DNA from: Massalongia carnosa
Taxonomy: Eukaryota
Reading direction: 5' to 3'
Length of the DNA: 64,000 bases
Assembly (NCBI GenBank): GCA_965645245.1
Contig: OZ287074.1
Span: forward strand, 1,054,001-1,118,000
In this document: positions 48,666 to 61,044 of the stretch, in pieces
How positions within the stretch are numbered: position 1 is the stretch's first letter
How the letters are laid out: each line of letters opens with the position of its first letter
Made by a program: the position numbers and the translations under genes
The notes under the pieces: generated by a model
What the model was told of the DNA's origin: nothing
Database searches by the model: none
What the model saw: the letters and a program-made list of their open reading frames with translations, nothing else

Positions 48666-51395
48666 ATGTCCTTCTTTGGATTTGATGCCACTCTACCCAG
48701 AGATCGAGGTCATCCTACAAAAGGCCTAGGATTTAGTACTGCACCCGATCCGTTTGCAGCTATCTCTAGCAGTAAAGGCGTCGGCGCACCAGATGACGAT
48801 GCGTAGGTTCAACTGTTATATTGGTTGTTGGACTTAAGCTTACCAATTGATGATCTACAGCATCGATTTTGAGGATACCTATGACGGTCTTGGCGATCAA
48901 CTGGAAGAAGCAAATGATAACTTCAATGATGATACCTTTGGGGACGATAAAATAAGTTTCGGCGGGGCCTCCCAACCTGTTGGCAAAGATTTTGATTTTT
49001 TTGGGCAAACAGCAAAAGCCTCGGATGCAATTAATGAAGAGCAAGCACGCTTTATTCGGCACGCACCCCCAAGACCTACGGGTACCGCCTCTGGGCCCTC
49101 GAAGTATCTGACCAACCCACACAGGACAGGATATGAAGTTTATAAAAAATCAGGTTTCATTCCAAATTTGCAGGCAAATGCAAAATTGTGGGGGACTGGA
49201 CCTTCAAACTCATTGCCAGGCCACCAACCTCAGGAACCAGAGGGCGGTTCAAGTTCACGTTCTGCTCAGCAAATTTTGTCCAGCGGAGCTCCGATCAAGA
49301 AGATGATGAGTGTGGATGAGGTTGAAGCTTCAATGCGTACACCAGCCAAGAAGCCAAGCCCTAGTTCTGCACAGGTGCAGCCTCAAATGCAGCTTCCTAT
49401 GACTTCCCAACAGTACCTACCCCCTTATCAAAATACCCACTCACAGTCCATAGCCTCAAAGCAATCTCTATATACACTACAAGTTAAGCAGCAAAATCAG
49501 CACGACCCAAGAATGCCACAAGTCTCCCGGGTAGAGTCTTCAGTTCAGACCACCCCGGTTGCACACTTTATTCCAGTATCGATGTCAAAAAATGGTCCAC
49601 AAATCCTACAGCGTGGCCAGCCTTTGCCACAACAAGCAATAAAACATACCGAACAATCGCAACCTCGTCAGATTCTCCAAAATCCCAGGCGTCAGCAAGC
49701 GCAGCTTACCCCCAGGTCCGTTGAGCCTCCTGTGCCCTTGCAGACGCATCCTGCGGCAGTTTCTTCTGGGCCTGTTCCAGTCTCAAACCAAACACCCATC
49801 ATTACCCGCCCTCAACAGCTTATGCAAATGTCAGAGCAAGAACGTATCGCTTTCTTGAGTGAGGATGCCAAACGTGCGAAGCGTAACCATAAAATACATT
49901 TGCTTTCAAAGGATAATGGTTTAATGACTCCGCAAGACAAGAACTTCATTACTCGAATTCAGTTACAACAGCTTGTGACAGCTACAGGAAATATAAATGA
50001 AAATGATACAGATGCTTTACTTTCTGAAGATTTTTATTATCAAGTTCACAGCCAGATCCGGGGTGGGTCTAGACAAAGCCCCCAGCAACCTCTCAGCAAC
50101 TTCGCCCAGACCTACCTATTCCAAACAGGGAGTCGCCAGGGCGGCATGTCCAGGAGGCATAACCGCGGTGGAGATAATCATATGCAGCGCATGGAACAGC
50201 AAGTACAACGCGCGGTAGAGGCTGCAAAGCTAAAGCCTAAGAACAAACAACTTGTTATAGAAGGCAGCTTAGGGAAAATCTCCTTCAGTAATGCAAAGAC
50301 CCCAAAGCCCCTGTTAAACATTAAACGTTATGAAAATGGCGACACTCTTAAGCGCTCTCACGGGACGGAGCGCCTAGCAAATAGTAAGAAACCATCTACG
50401 GCTACATTGAGTACTAGCGATCGCAAGAGTGTCTTAAAAAATATCGAAGCTGTTTATTCAACCTTGATGAAGATAGAAGATCATGAGCGTCAGCTACCAT
50501 ATCCCCCAGACAATGGAAGCGATCCGGCCATGTACCCTCAGCTTGCTCAGTGGCAACATGGCCTACAGGAACTCAACGGCAAGCTTTGGAACGATCTCAA
50601 AGTTATGGAGCCAATAATTCCCGAATCTCCAATTCTCCATCCATTCATCGCTTTTCTATCCTATCCAAAGGGGAAAAAATCTGTTCCACGCATCTTTCGT
50701 CACATTGACCAAGAACAGCGTCTTACAATACTAACAATAATTATCATTCATCTAAACGTTCTTGATGTCATTCGACTAGCCGAGCCGCGCTCTAACCAAA
50801 CGCAAATTCCAAGCACGATACGCGAGGAAGTGGAGCTTTTTTCGCAGGTCGTCATGCCTAGTCTTTTTGCATACGTCAATGATGCCCCTTTGCACATTGT
50901 TATTGGTCTTCTTGGACTTATTCTGGATCGAGTCAACATGTTATCCATCACCCGAACCAAGGTGGGGCTGACCATTCTAACAATGCTCATCAGTCGGGCA
51001 GAACTCATAAAGCAAGGAGAATTACCTGAGGACCAAGAATGGGATCAATGGCTTCAGCTTTACAATCAGCTCTTTGACACAATTGAACCGCTTCTGGCAA
51101 GCATCTTTCCTGGCTCTATCAATGCTGGGCAGGATGAGTATGTGTGGCGGTTTCTGGCAGCGAGTGGAGTTGGCGCAAGTCCCGATCAACAGCAGAGGCT
51201 TGTTATTGCTGTTAAGTAAGTGTTTCTTCTTACATTGCCTCTGAAAAAATAGCGCTGATGAATGTTTCTAGAGATCGGGTTATGGAGACGGTGGTGCAAA
51301 GCAAAGCTCTGCCACCTGAGATGGCAGCCCAGAGACTGGCCAATGTTAACTTGTTTATGCGTGCTATTGGCCTTGATGTTGAACTACTCAGCTGA
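48666..51395 (+). CDS. PAT1: mRNA decay factor PAT1 (3 exons)
   Basis: MSFFGFD, FNDDTFG, GLMTPQDKNFITRIQLQQL, EGSLGKIS, NLFMRAIGLDVELL. Confidence 0.95.
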
Positions 51396-52497
51396 ATCCA
51401 TCTATATCTCTTTGGTAATTATTTGGTGTAAGGGATGGCAAAATACGCTCCTATTATCACATAACGCAAAATAGTCAGGTTTGAGCATATCTTGAGCTCC
51501 TATGGCCATACTGTGATGGGCACGTTATCACAAACGCGGATTGAGGACTAGGGATCCACAATCGAACTATCAAGAACCTATGAAGGCATGGACGACCCTC
51601 CTAGCCAAGATGAAGACATGACAGTGCGAGGACATCCCCTGGGACTGGACGACCCCCAAGTAGGCCATCAACAATGTAATAGAGGTTTGGCTATCAGTCA
51701 GGCCTATGGTCTCTACAAGGACGGAAAAAAAATCATCAACCACATGAGTGATTTGCAAAGAGATGCTTTCGGGGAGAGATGGATGAGATATGATGTGAGA
51801 CGGGTGGACCGTTTTTGAAACATTTCCCAATGGGAAAAATATGATGTTGAAAATCCGTGTTTTGAGGTTGGTCCAGAGAAACAGACTACATCTTAACTAA
51901 ATCCTGTGGGACGTCTCATGAAGGGTAGTTAGGTAGAGAGAGCTACATAGTTTTAGACAAGGTGGTTGCAATTTTACACTCTTTGCCTTTCCTCGATAGT
52001 ATTATTATCGGGAAAGCTGACAACACCATGCTGCCGAAAGGTTTTTGGTGGATGGGATAACTTACTCATGGAAACACTCTCGACTCCTGCTGGATAGGTA
52101 AGGAGATAGCTGGTTACGCACTCGTAGTTAGTTTTTTAAGTCATGGTCATGCCAACTTTGTCGACCGATTCAGAGGCGGGAGAATTCCTTGGGTGACAAA
52201 CTTGGCCACAATACGTCTGGGTGGAAGGGAGAGGAGATCCATGTAGGATCAAGACAAAACGGAGCTCTTGGGGTTTCCGTCGAAATGTCCTTTGGATCAA
52301 AGATTGCATTATCTCAAAAGGTGTACATGAGCTAGGCAAGAAGTGATCGTCTTGCGATTTCTAACCCTTTAGCGCCATCACACCTACTTACCTCCGTCCC
52401 GCCGCCCTAGGTTCTCCTTAAGCCCCCCCCCCCCCCGCATCCTCTCACCCAAAGATCTCCCATCTCTCCCGAAAATCTCGACCTATCTACATCTCAC

Positions 52498-53640
52498 TTA
52501 CTCCTCCATCTCCTCCCCCTCCGCCTCTCCTCCGCCCGGCACACGCCCCTGATTGAGCTCCTTTTCCAACCTCGCAATCTCCTGTAGGCTTTTCGCATTG
52601 CGGATCAGCGCCTCAACGCGCTTCTTCTCCTTGTCGGTGAGCTTGATGCGAAACGCCTTGTCGGCTTGGGGGGCGACTGCGCCGTTGAGAGCAGAGGAGA
52701 AGGCTAAGGGTATGTCGAAGGTGCGAGATTTTATGCCAATGATCTGATATTGGTAAGTGGTTTGAACATCCAGGGGGGGGATAGAAGGGGAATGGAGGGG
52801 GAAAGGAGGATACTTTTGAGGCGAGGGCGGAGGGGTCTTTGGCTGTGCCGAAGAGGTCGCTGGCTGATTTTCGTTCGGCCTCTTTGACTTTTTGGTAGTC
52901 GAGGAAGCGGACGGTGGGGCAGCGCCATATAATCCAATAGCGATAATGCTACAGAACAGACAGTCAACCCCCTTTCTTCGTAGTCTTTTTCTTCACTACA
53001 AACAAGCTTCTGGCGTTTCGCTCACTTACCTCCTTTCTCGTAACTGCGTTGTCCAGCAAACTTAAGTGCGTCAATTTGGAGCAGTGCCTCAGAGTATCCA
53101 GATCCGCCAGCTCCGCAAAATTATTCGATGTCAGGATCAATGTTTTCAGGTTCGGAATCGAGTTCGGCAGCGTTGGCTGTATGCTGTTGATTCGATTGCG
53201 CGCCATGAGGAGGGTATGCAGTCTAGGGGAAAGCGGGAAATTAGAGAGAGCGCTAATATCGTTGTCTGTGAAATCGATGGCATCTTGGTCCTAATCACAA
53301 AAACCATTACTTCCTTTATCAGCAAACTGAGATGTACCATTGACAGGCATTGCACAAAGCAGCTTTGTGCCGGATAGACAGTGGAAGGAAACCTTTGCAA
53401 CGCCCAGGTTCTCAATGGCGGGTATCTTGTGTCCTGCAGTTTCGCCAATTCTGATATCAATGGAGCTCGCCTCAAAGTGTAGTATATCTGTTCTTTTCAG
53501 CACTCACCCCGGAGATCAAGTTCGCGTTCTTTGAGGGGGTTTAGGTAGGAGAGAGAGGTTTGGATGAGCTCAGCCGTTAATCTCTGGTGGCATATTAGAG
53601 CTTTCTGGCGCCTTTTTATATGTAGGATCTTCCTTACCAT
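52498..53640 (-). CDS. LEA1: U2 snRNP protein A' (6 exons; exon 1 is the ATG only)
   Basis: Spliced MRLTAELI..NPLKERELDLRGHKIPAIENLG..DAIDFTDNDI..HYRYWIIWRCPTVRFLDYQKVK. Confidence 0.96.
53472..53500 (-). promoter_or_regulatory. Intronic element antisense to U2 snRNA in U2A' intron 2 (53507-53434)
   Basis: Pre-mRNA CUGAAAAGAACAGAUA-UA-CUACACUU-U-GA versus the reverse complement of conserved fungal U2 UCAAGUGUAGUAUCUGUUCUUUUCAG; 26 pairs, two small bulges. Confidence 0.8.
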
Positions 53641-55742
53641 GGTTGCGTTATGGCACTTTTCACGGGTTTTAATCGAAAGCGACTGAAAACTAGACAATGA
53701 TACACGACTTCAACTGATTGGTATGTCATGTAGCATAGATGTTATGTTAGGGCGATTTCTTCAACACCAACGGGCTCGATCAGTGGTGGATAATGAGAGG
53801 CGATGGATAAACATACACCCAAGATAACTACACCACTCTCAGGCACGTGTCAGGCTAGCGCTATTAAGTCGAACAGCTCGTGCCCTTATCCTTAGCTTCT
53901 GTCTATCAGATTCAACAACTATCCCACCTTCAAGATATATTCTAAAGATTGATTCTAAAGTGCCTCTCCCCCGTTTCTTTCTCAAAGATTGACAGATAAC
54001 TTGAAGCCTTTGATGTCAGCTTAATCCTTTTACTAGAGTTTTCTATATTCTCCTTACAACATTCTCTGTTCATGGCTATAGTATCCTCATTCTTGTGTTG
54101 CATTACTGTGAGACGGCTTGAAGCTAGATAGATATGAGGTGTTTTGTTTAAATGGAAAAATAAGTGCATATCATCTCGACATTTGAGATCCTAAGGAGAT
54201 AAAATATGTCTGTTCGCTGTATCGTTTTTTTGCGCTTGGTTTTCCTTTAACAAAAACCCAGCTTGCTAGTAGTATATATTCGAGGACTGAGGCCCCACTA
54301 GGGTTGATTCCAGTGAATGATATTCCATTGCATCGAAGATGACCCTCAATACGGCAGAGAAGGGCGTACAGCTTCTCGGAATTGGAGCCATTTTCTGTGT
54401 AGTTTTGATAAGATATTCTCGTTTCTTACTTTTAAACCTGATTCAAACGTATCGAACGCATCAAGCCGCAACCCATACCAACTCTCAAAGAGGTTGTTGG
54501 CAGTTAAGAACGCTCTCTTCGTGGGGGATATGCCATACGATTGCCACACCGCTGAACCACTTCCTATCCTTTATCCTGAACTCTCCTATGTCTCCCAACG
54601 GGTCTTGGGGGGAAATTCCAGGTACGCTGACAAGAAAGATCAATCCATACCCTATCCGTTTCAAGTCTCTTTCTTGCAGAGCTGCAAGCTTGGCTCAAAT
54701 AATTTTCCTTTTTCAGGCAGACATACATAAAAAAAAAGGGGGGGAAGGGGGTGTATGAGAGAGGGGCTGGGACCGAAAGAGAGGTGGTTTGGGGTGTTTT
54801 GAATAGGAAGGAAAGGTAAGGTAGGGTAGATAGGCAGGTAGGTAGCAAATATGATGCAAGATATCGAGCAAAGGTCAAGACTACGTGCGGCCAGTTACCT
54901 ACCTACTACCTTAACCTCTCCCGTTACCTAATCCCATCCCGTCACGTTCCTCCAGCGCCATTTATATTCATAATGCCAAAATAAACCTCTGTGTCAGACT
55001 GAGGGACGGGGGTTGGGGGTCAAGTTATTTATAGTGAAAATTCAGAGATTTCGAGTTTCAGTATCAGTGTCTTATCGAGAGATTCCAATATTTTCTATTA
55101 AATTGCTTTCGATAGGGAGATGAGATTGATTGAGTGGTCATAGGTAGGTAAGCGTCTTCGGCTTAAGGGAATTCCCGCTTAGGCGCTAACCTGCTGGCTA
55201 AAGGGAGGGTTGGAAAGGTCGTAGAATACATAGTCATAAGGGAGCTGACTAGTTAGCTAGCTAGCCATCAAGGTATCCATTGTTAAGGTGCAAGGCTCTG
55301 TAAGCAAGACCCCAGAAGCAAGCAACCTTCTATCCCTCCATCTGCTGGAAAACTCAAAGCATCGGCATGCAGATGCATACTAGATCAGTGAGCTGCTCTC
55401 CAACCCTTACAAATTCTATCCGTGTTAATGTATCCATCCATCCGCCATCATCATTCAGAGTTAAAGAACAAAAGAGCCCAGATGCTCATTCTTCCAGGTG
55501 AGTAAGCACATACATACAAACTAGATCTCGCCTCCATCTTCCAAGCACATAGCATAACTCTTTCAAGCTATTTACTTGAATTTCAGGTAGACAAACAGAT
55601 AAAGAGCATAATCGGACAAGAAAATTGATGATTCTGATGTAGAAGCCACGCACGAGGGAGGCACGAATGGGAGCGAGCTGTGGAAATGCAGCGAAGCGCC
55701 CGTCCGAAGCAAGTTCTGAAACCCAGCTGTTCGAAGTAGCCC

Positions 55743-57215
55743 TTAACGCCCTCGAATTAAGTCAAATACGGCCTCGCTGCCCAGCGCAGCTCTCACCTGC
55801 CTCCACACATTCTCGGCCGTATCCTGCATCATATCCAGCATCTGCTCCTCCTTCTCCATTTTCTTCGCCTCTTCCATTGTAGTGTGATTCAGTAGTCTCT
55901 CACTAACTTCTGCGTGCGATCTTATTGCATTGTCTCTTTGTTGCCGTAGACGGGCACAGTCGTTCCAAGCGTCATCACGCTGGGAACGCAATAAGTCGCG
56001 CTCACAGAGCAGGGCGGTGCGCTCTATGAGGGCGGCGCTGAGCTTATCCTGGAGGGCTGGTGGGCTGGGTGCTTGTTTTATTTGCGTAATACGTGGATCT
56101 ATAGGATCGGGCTGATGGTTGGAACATCTCTCGGTTTTAGGGGACATGGTCTCAGACGTCTGCTGTCCTTGTTCAGACGATATTCCGTTTCGGCTAGGGC
56201 TCGTCCAGATTTTGGGAAGTGTGGGGTCAAGTATTTCTTGCTCCTTTGGAGAAGATGATTTGTTCGGACTGGATTCTAGATTAAGACATTCTGTGGAGGG
56301 ATGGTTCTCGTTAGGGTGATGTGAGTCAACCGCTGCGGGCTGATCCAGAAGATTTGCGGTAGACTTTCTCCCTACGTTTTGATGCAAAAGGCTGGATGAT
56401 GCTTCGCCTCGTTGAAGCGCCAAACAATCCGATTGTTGAGAGCTTACCGTGGACGCCTGGCTATGAGCATTAACGCCGGTCGCTCTTCTCGAGGTTGCTG
56501 ATTTCGGATTCTTGTGATCTCTCTCCGAACGCCGTCGGTGGCTGTCACGTTTCATAGGGGTTTCCTTAATAACGGAATCGCTGCAAAACTCAAAACTCTT
56601 TATCAGGGTTTGCAGTATGGGATGGTACCAAAGCTGATAATTTCCTGGGGGGTTAATCGGAACTCCAAGATGCTCAGGGAGCGGGTTTGGGGAGCTAGCT
56701 GAGCTACTGTGACATTCTCTGAATATCAACAGCCTAGTGAGCTGGTCATGCGTAAGGTTTCGGTCTACAAGAATGGGTTCTTGCGAAAATGCCTCCTTCC
56801 AGGTGTCACTCCAGAATACCTGGGAGTTGGAGCTGTACCGTTGGTGTCCTAGTATGCTTTGAAGCGGACAATTGTCGCTATCAAGTTCTTCTAATATGCT
56901 TAGATGATGTAAATGATGATCGTCATATTGCTCTGATTGAAACCCGGAGTTAAAAAAATTGAGCATGGCAACAAGAACTTGCTCGATGTCTAGATATGAC
57001 CCGCACCAAGCTTCAACCAAGCGGTGTGTCAGCCGATCGGCGTCGATACAGTCAGGACGAGCACTAATCTCCGCATTCTTAACAGTCTCAAGGTGCAATA
57101 GATCCTCAACCGTAGTGATAAGATGTTGCATCCTGCTCCCAATTGCATAGAGTTTGGGATGAATTTCAGGATCTAACGCATGGTTAGACTTCGTTTTCTC
57201 CGTGGTAAATGGCAT
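55743..57215 (-). CDS. Hypothetical 490-aa protein, disordered centre and C-terminal coiled coil
   Basis: Long uninterrupted ATG-started ORF; no domain recognised. Confidence 0.65.
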   Translation of the reverse strand: MPFTTEKTKSNHALDPEIHPKLYAIGSRMQHLITTVEDLLHLETVKNAEISARPDCIDADRLTHRLVEAWCGSYLDIEQVLVAMLNFFNSGFQSEQYDDHHLHHLSILEELDSDNCPLQSILGHQRYSSNSQVFWSDTWKEAFSQEPILVDRNLTHDQLTRLLIFRECHSSSASSPNPLPEHLGVPINPPGNYQLWYHPILQTLIKSFEFCSDSVIKETPMKRDSHRRRSERDHKNPKSATSRRATGVNAHSQASTVSSQQSDCLALQRGEASSSLLHQNVGRKSTANLLDQPAAVDSHHPNENHPSTECLNLESSPNKSSSPKEQEILDPTLPKIWTSPSRNGISSEQGQQTSETMSPKTERCSNHQPDPIDPRITQIKQAPSPPALQDKLSAALIERTALLCERDLLRSQRDDAWNDCARLRQQRDNAIRSHAEVSERLLNHTTMEEAKKMEKEEQMLDMMQDTAENVWRQVRAALGSEAVFDLIRGR

Positions 57216-58917
57216 GTTGCGGCTCTCTTACTCCAGAAATAAAGAATCCGATTCGTGTTGTCAAGGAAATCATTCAGCTTTGATCGGGAAGCATCCATTT
57301 CTGCTGAAGAGGCGTTTTGTACCTAAATGGGGGGGGGATGGATGCTGACCTATAAAGACCCGACGTTCAAGGCAGAATGGATCAGTGATCGGGTTGACTA
57401 CATGGTGGCAGCAGTACGCACCATGATAGTAAAGGTGAAAGGATGGAGTTTTGACGATATCGCAGAGTACCTATTCCTCACTTGGCTCATCTCTTGGCCT
57501 GGAATGAAGCACTGTGAGGAGACGGAATCGAAAATCAAGGATGAGACACGAACGTTGTTTTGTGAGGGCTGCAGCTGGTAAGAAAGAAAAGCGCGGTAAC
57601 TAGGGCAAGTAGCAGAAGGAAGAGTTTCCTGCTTGCTAGCCAAGGTGGGAAACTCGATGGGGGACCCTAAGGACAGTTGGACTGCCAGTTGAAACCTCAA
57701 ATCATGGCAGCTGGAAATTCAGGATTCACCGCGGAGTACAGCGTAAGCTAGATCCGTCAGTCTTCCCGTTTGTGATACCTATATTGATCATGAAATACAT
57801 ATAGCGATATCAAACCAGTGTCTTTTACTTCATATCAGCACGAACTTAATCAAGACGGCAGGAAAACTGCAGAAATCCATGCGTATTCCTACAAGTTTAA
57901 GCGAGCTATCATCCTGGAGTTTAATTCACCCAGTGTCTCCTAATCTGCGTGAATCCCAACTATGATGGCTGGGAATTCCTTGCAATACCCTTTATGTCGT
58001 AGGCTTTCCCATACCATTTCTCCAATCCAATAGCAAGCGCTTAGAAGGAACAAGTGATGAGTAGATTACTTTAGGCGAAAGTGACCTTGTATAAAAGCCC
58101 TCCCTTCCTGGCAAGAACCAAGAACATAGGTTGTGGTTTCTCGATGAACGCTTGAGCACGAATCCAGGGCGGTGAAGAAGCAAGCTAGGAGGCTTGACGA
58201 TGGCGGGGCGTTAAAATCGAAAGAGACCAACGTTTTCTATGTAATCTGAGTCCTTGCTTATCGAGCGTAGCTCTTGGAGTTCGGGGGACCTATTCGACCA
58301 ATGTTCAAGGCTCTAGTGAACAGAAATGAAGAATTGATGCAAGAGAAGCCTAGGGAGCAGCTTTCAACCCAACTAAACGTCAGTTCAAAGGAAAAGATTA
58401 AAGGACTGAAAGAGAAAACGCAGTAATTCAGCACTCTAAAGTTGATACGTGGTAGCATGCTGAACAATTAGGAAACAGCCTGATAAAAATTTGTTATTCG
58501 TACAAAGGATATCATGAGGATATCATGCAAAGGACCTTGGAGGATGCAATCTCAGACGTCTTTCGAAACCTAACGCAAACTACTCTATTGGATATAAAAA
58601 CTCAACTGAAACTTGACATCATGTCGGCCCGGCCGAACACGCTCTTCCGAGTGTGAAATTCTCAATTCCATAGGCACCCTTTTCATAGTTATATCCCATA
58701 TAATAGTTGCAAAGTCGTGTCACCAACGAAGTAAACTAGTAAACTTTAGCTAACGAGCTAACGAGCTAACATAAGTTAAGTTAGTAAGCGGCGGCTGCTT
58801 GTTGGAACCGTGAAGCGAGCACGGCGAGGTATCATGAGGTTACCATCAGGAAATCCGCCTACAGTCATCGCAAGCCAGCTCATTGACACTAGCTAGTTCA
58901 TTCGCAGCTACTTCCTG

Positions 58918-60401
58918 ATGGATCTCTACCATCGGACCGTTGCCTTGGCAAGCAGCATCCAGACCAAACGCTTTTCACTTCTGCTCCTCGTCGCCGACTC
59001 GTTCTTATGTGGGCTCATTGTTTGGAAGATTCCCTGTAAGCTTATGTCTTGTCTTTTGCGAAAGTTTTCGCTGTGGGAACTCACAGTGTCTTACTACCAG
59101 ATACAGAGATCGATTGGAAAGCATACATGGAGCAAGCCGAGCAGTATATCGATGGTCAGCGCGACTACAGTATGATAAAAGGAAATACGGGCCCTCTGGT
59201 CTATCCGGCGGCTCACCTTTACATCTATAGCGCACTCTATCGTATTACCGATAGGGGCAAGGATATACTATTGGCACAGGCCATCTTCGCGTGGCTTTAC
59301 GTGGGTGCCTTAGGTCTAGTTATGGCCTGCTATAGGAGGGCGAAGGTTTGTTGATGCTACCTGCCTCATATCCCGAGAAACGGCATTGCTTACCCTTCAC
59401 GCGCACAAGGCCCCTGCATACATATTTCCACTACTCATACTTTCCAAACGCCTTCACAGTATCTTCCTACTTCGACTTTTCAATGATTGTTTCGCTGTTG
59501 GGACATTGTTTCTGGCTATCTATGCATATCAGCGGCGGATCTGGACGGTTGGAAGCATAGCATACTCATGGGCTGTGGGCATTAAAATGAGCGCCCTGCT
59601 CGCGGCACCTGCAATTCTATGCATACTCCTACTCTCGTTACCGCTGAAACGAGCAGTGAATGCACTCTTCCTTATGGCTCAAGTACAAGTAACGTACCCT
59701 AAGTCCAGAGGGAAGCCAAGAGCGAACTAATTAGATCTACCTAGGTTGCCATCGCCTTCCCCTTCCTTCCTGCCAATACGCCTGGGTATATTGGCCGAGC
59801 TTTTGAGTTCACGCGCCAGTTCCTGTTCAAGTGGACTGTCAACTGGAGATTTGTGGGCGAGGAGCGATTCCTCTCCCGTGAGTTTTCATTAGTGCTAGCT
59901 ATGGCAAATCTAGGCCTTCTAGCATTGTTCTTCGCAACGAGGTGGATTCATCCGGCAGGGCGCTCCATACCAGCCTTTCTTTCCGCCGTCTTAAAACCGC
60001 CCTCACCACAGGTGCAAAAGCAGCTGTCTCTTCAAATCACACCGTCTTTCATATTAACATCCATACTCAGCTCCCTTTGCATTGGCATGCTATGTGCTCG
60101 AAGTCTCCACTACCAATTTTATGCATACATTGCGTGGTCAACACCTTTTCTCTTGTGGAGGTCCGGAATGCATCCAGTTCTTATATATACCGTCTGGGCA
60201 GCGCAAGAATGGGCATGGAATGTGTATCCAAGCACAAATACAAGCTCCATGGTAGTGGTGGCCAGTTTGGGCATACAGGTCTTTGGCGCTTGGCGGGGGA
60301 CTCGCAACGACTTTGCCAAGGTCAACCCTTTCGCCAGGAAACAAAGCATAGACAACCAAATACCGAAAGATGCTCCTGCAAAGAACAGCGATTCCATATA
60401 G
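58918..60401 (+). CDS. ALG3: Dol-P-Man:Man5GlcNAc2-PP-Dol alpha-1,3-mannosyltransferase (4 exons)
   Basis: [56 protein letters not shown]. Confidence 0.96.
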
Positions 60402-60414
60402 CGAAAAATACCGA

Positions 60415-60888
60415 CTACTCCCCAGCATCGGAATCCTCGATTGGTGGCATCTTGCCTGTTGTCGATTCTTCCTCATCGCTCTCGTCTGGGTATACACACC
60501 TTTTCACGAACTCCGAAGGCCTATGTTTATACTTCCAGTCAAAAAAGATACTATGAGCGTATCGGAGAAATTACCAGTAAGCCTGTTTGCGCCATTGCTT
60601 CTCGACTCGGACTACATTCGTGATCTCCCCATCCAGCTTATTTTCTCGGTCCTCAAAAGTAGATCTATCAACCACCACAAACCCACCGCGCTTAATCCAG
60701 ATCTGAGAGCGGAAGCGGGACGGCAGTTCAACGAGCAGCGGCTGCGAATGGGAGGGAATTTCAACCGAATACAAGTTCTTCCCAGCCGCCTTCAGGACCC
60801 GTGCTATCACATGATTTGCTTCTAAGCAAGGTGGTGGATTAGAGGTTTCTTCGGCTGTGGCGATGAGATTCCGCTTTGGTCGACCCAT
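60415..60888 (-). CDS. eIF1AD-like S1/OB-fold RNA-binding protein (2 exons)
   Basis: LVELPSRFRSQIWIKRGGFVVV, KLDGEITNVV, WRKQAYWPSEF, acidic tail. Confidence 0.88.
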
Positions 60889-61044
60889 TGTCGAACCGAT
60901 CACTCCAATACGCTGTGGATCAGAGCGGGCAAGTTTCTCGGCGAATCTGTATGAGAGTGTGTGTGGGAAGGTGGGCCGAACACTTTCACCTTATCCAGCG
61001 TCATTAGTAAGCGAAAACGCCCGATGGTGGGGCACGATTAGGGC

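Noticed and set aside
53472..53500. A U2 snRNA gene on the plus strand
   Set aside because: Only 29 nt match; no stem I, Sm site or stem-loops III/IV, and it lies inside a protein-gene intron. Reported instead as an antisense element.
58731..58790. Short GCTAACGA tandem repeat upstream of ALG3
   Set aside because: About three units; indistinguishable from ordinary slippage.
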